In this document: piece after piece, positions 5,859-5,873 of the stretch | Layout of the letters: every line of letters begins with the position of its first letter | How positions within the stretch are numbered: position 1 is the first letter of the stretch | Source: Octopus sinensis | Lineage: Eukaryota | Length of the DNA: 5,873 nt | Assembly: GCF_006345805.1 (NCBI RefSeq) | Contig: NW_021829803.1 | Span: 1-5,873, forward strand | Direction: 5' to 3' | Made by a program: the position numbers and the translations under genes | Notes under the pieces: generated by a model | What the model saw: only the letters and a program-made list of their open reading frames with translations | Databases searched by the model: none | Told to the model about the DNA's origin: nothing

Positions 5859-5873
5859 TATATATATATATAT
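5859..5873. repeat. (TA)n microsatellite at the 5' junction of the CR1 fragment, running off the window
   Basis: Read directly from the sequence. Confidence 0.97.

Overview
Eukaryotic, repeat-saturated, non-coding DNA, almost certainly from an octopus. The two SINE families match repeats I recognise from Octopus genomes; this is recall, not a database result. No intact gene is supported. From left to right the window holds: an edge-truncated tRNA-type SINE; a ~440 bp compound TATC/TC/TGTC microsatellite; the 3' half of a second SINE family (+); a possible short minus-strand terminal exon; a Tc1/mariner (DD37D/maT-like) transposase relic; the 3' end of an RTE LINE with a C2H2 finger; a cluster of minus-strand tRNA-SINEs including a dimer; a decayed LINE reverse-transcriptase fragment; an inverted second copy of the SINE 3' half; a minimal hammerhead ribozyme motif of the Penelope type; a probable RTE 5' UTR relic; AT-rich unique DNA; large TATG/TA microsatellites; and a 5'-truncated CR1-group LINE sitting between two (TA)n tracts. 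The most interesting signals are the hammerhead core at 2856-2898, which no ORF explains, and the (TA)n-embedded CR1 copy with an intact 3' end. Most ORFs in the supplied track are translations of microsatellites or SINEs.
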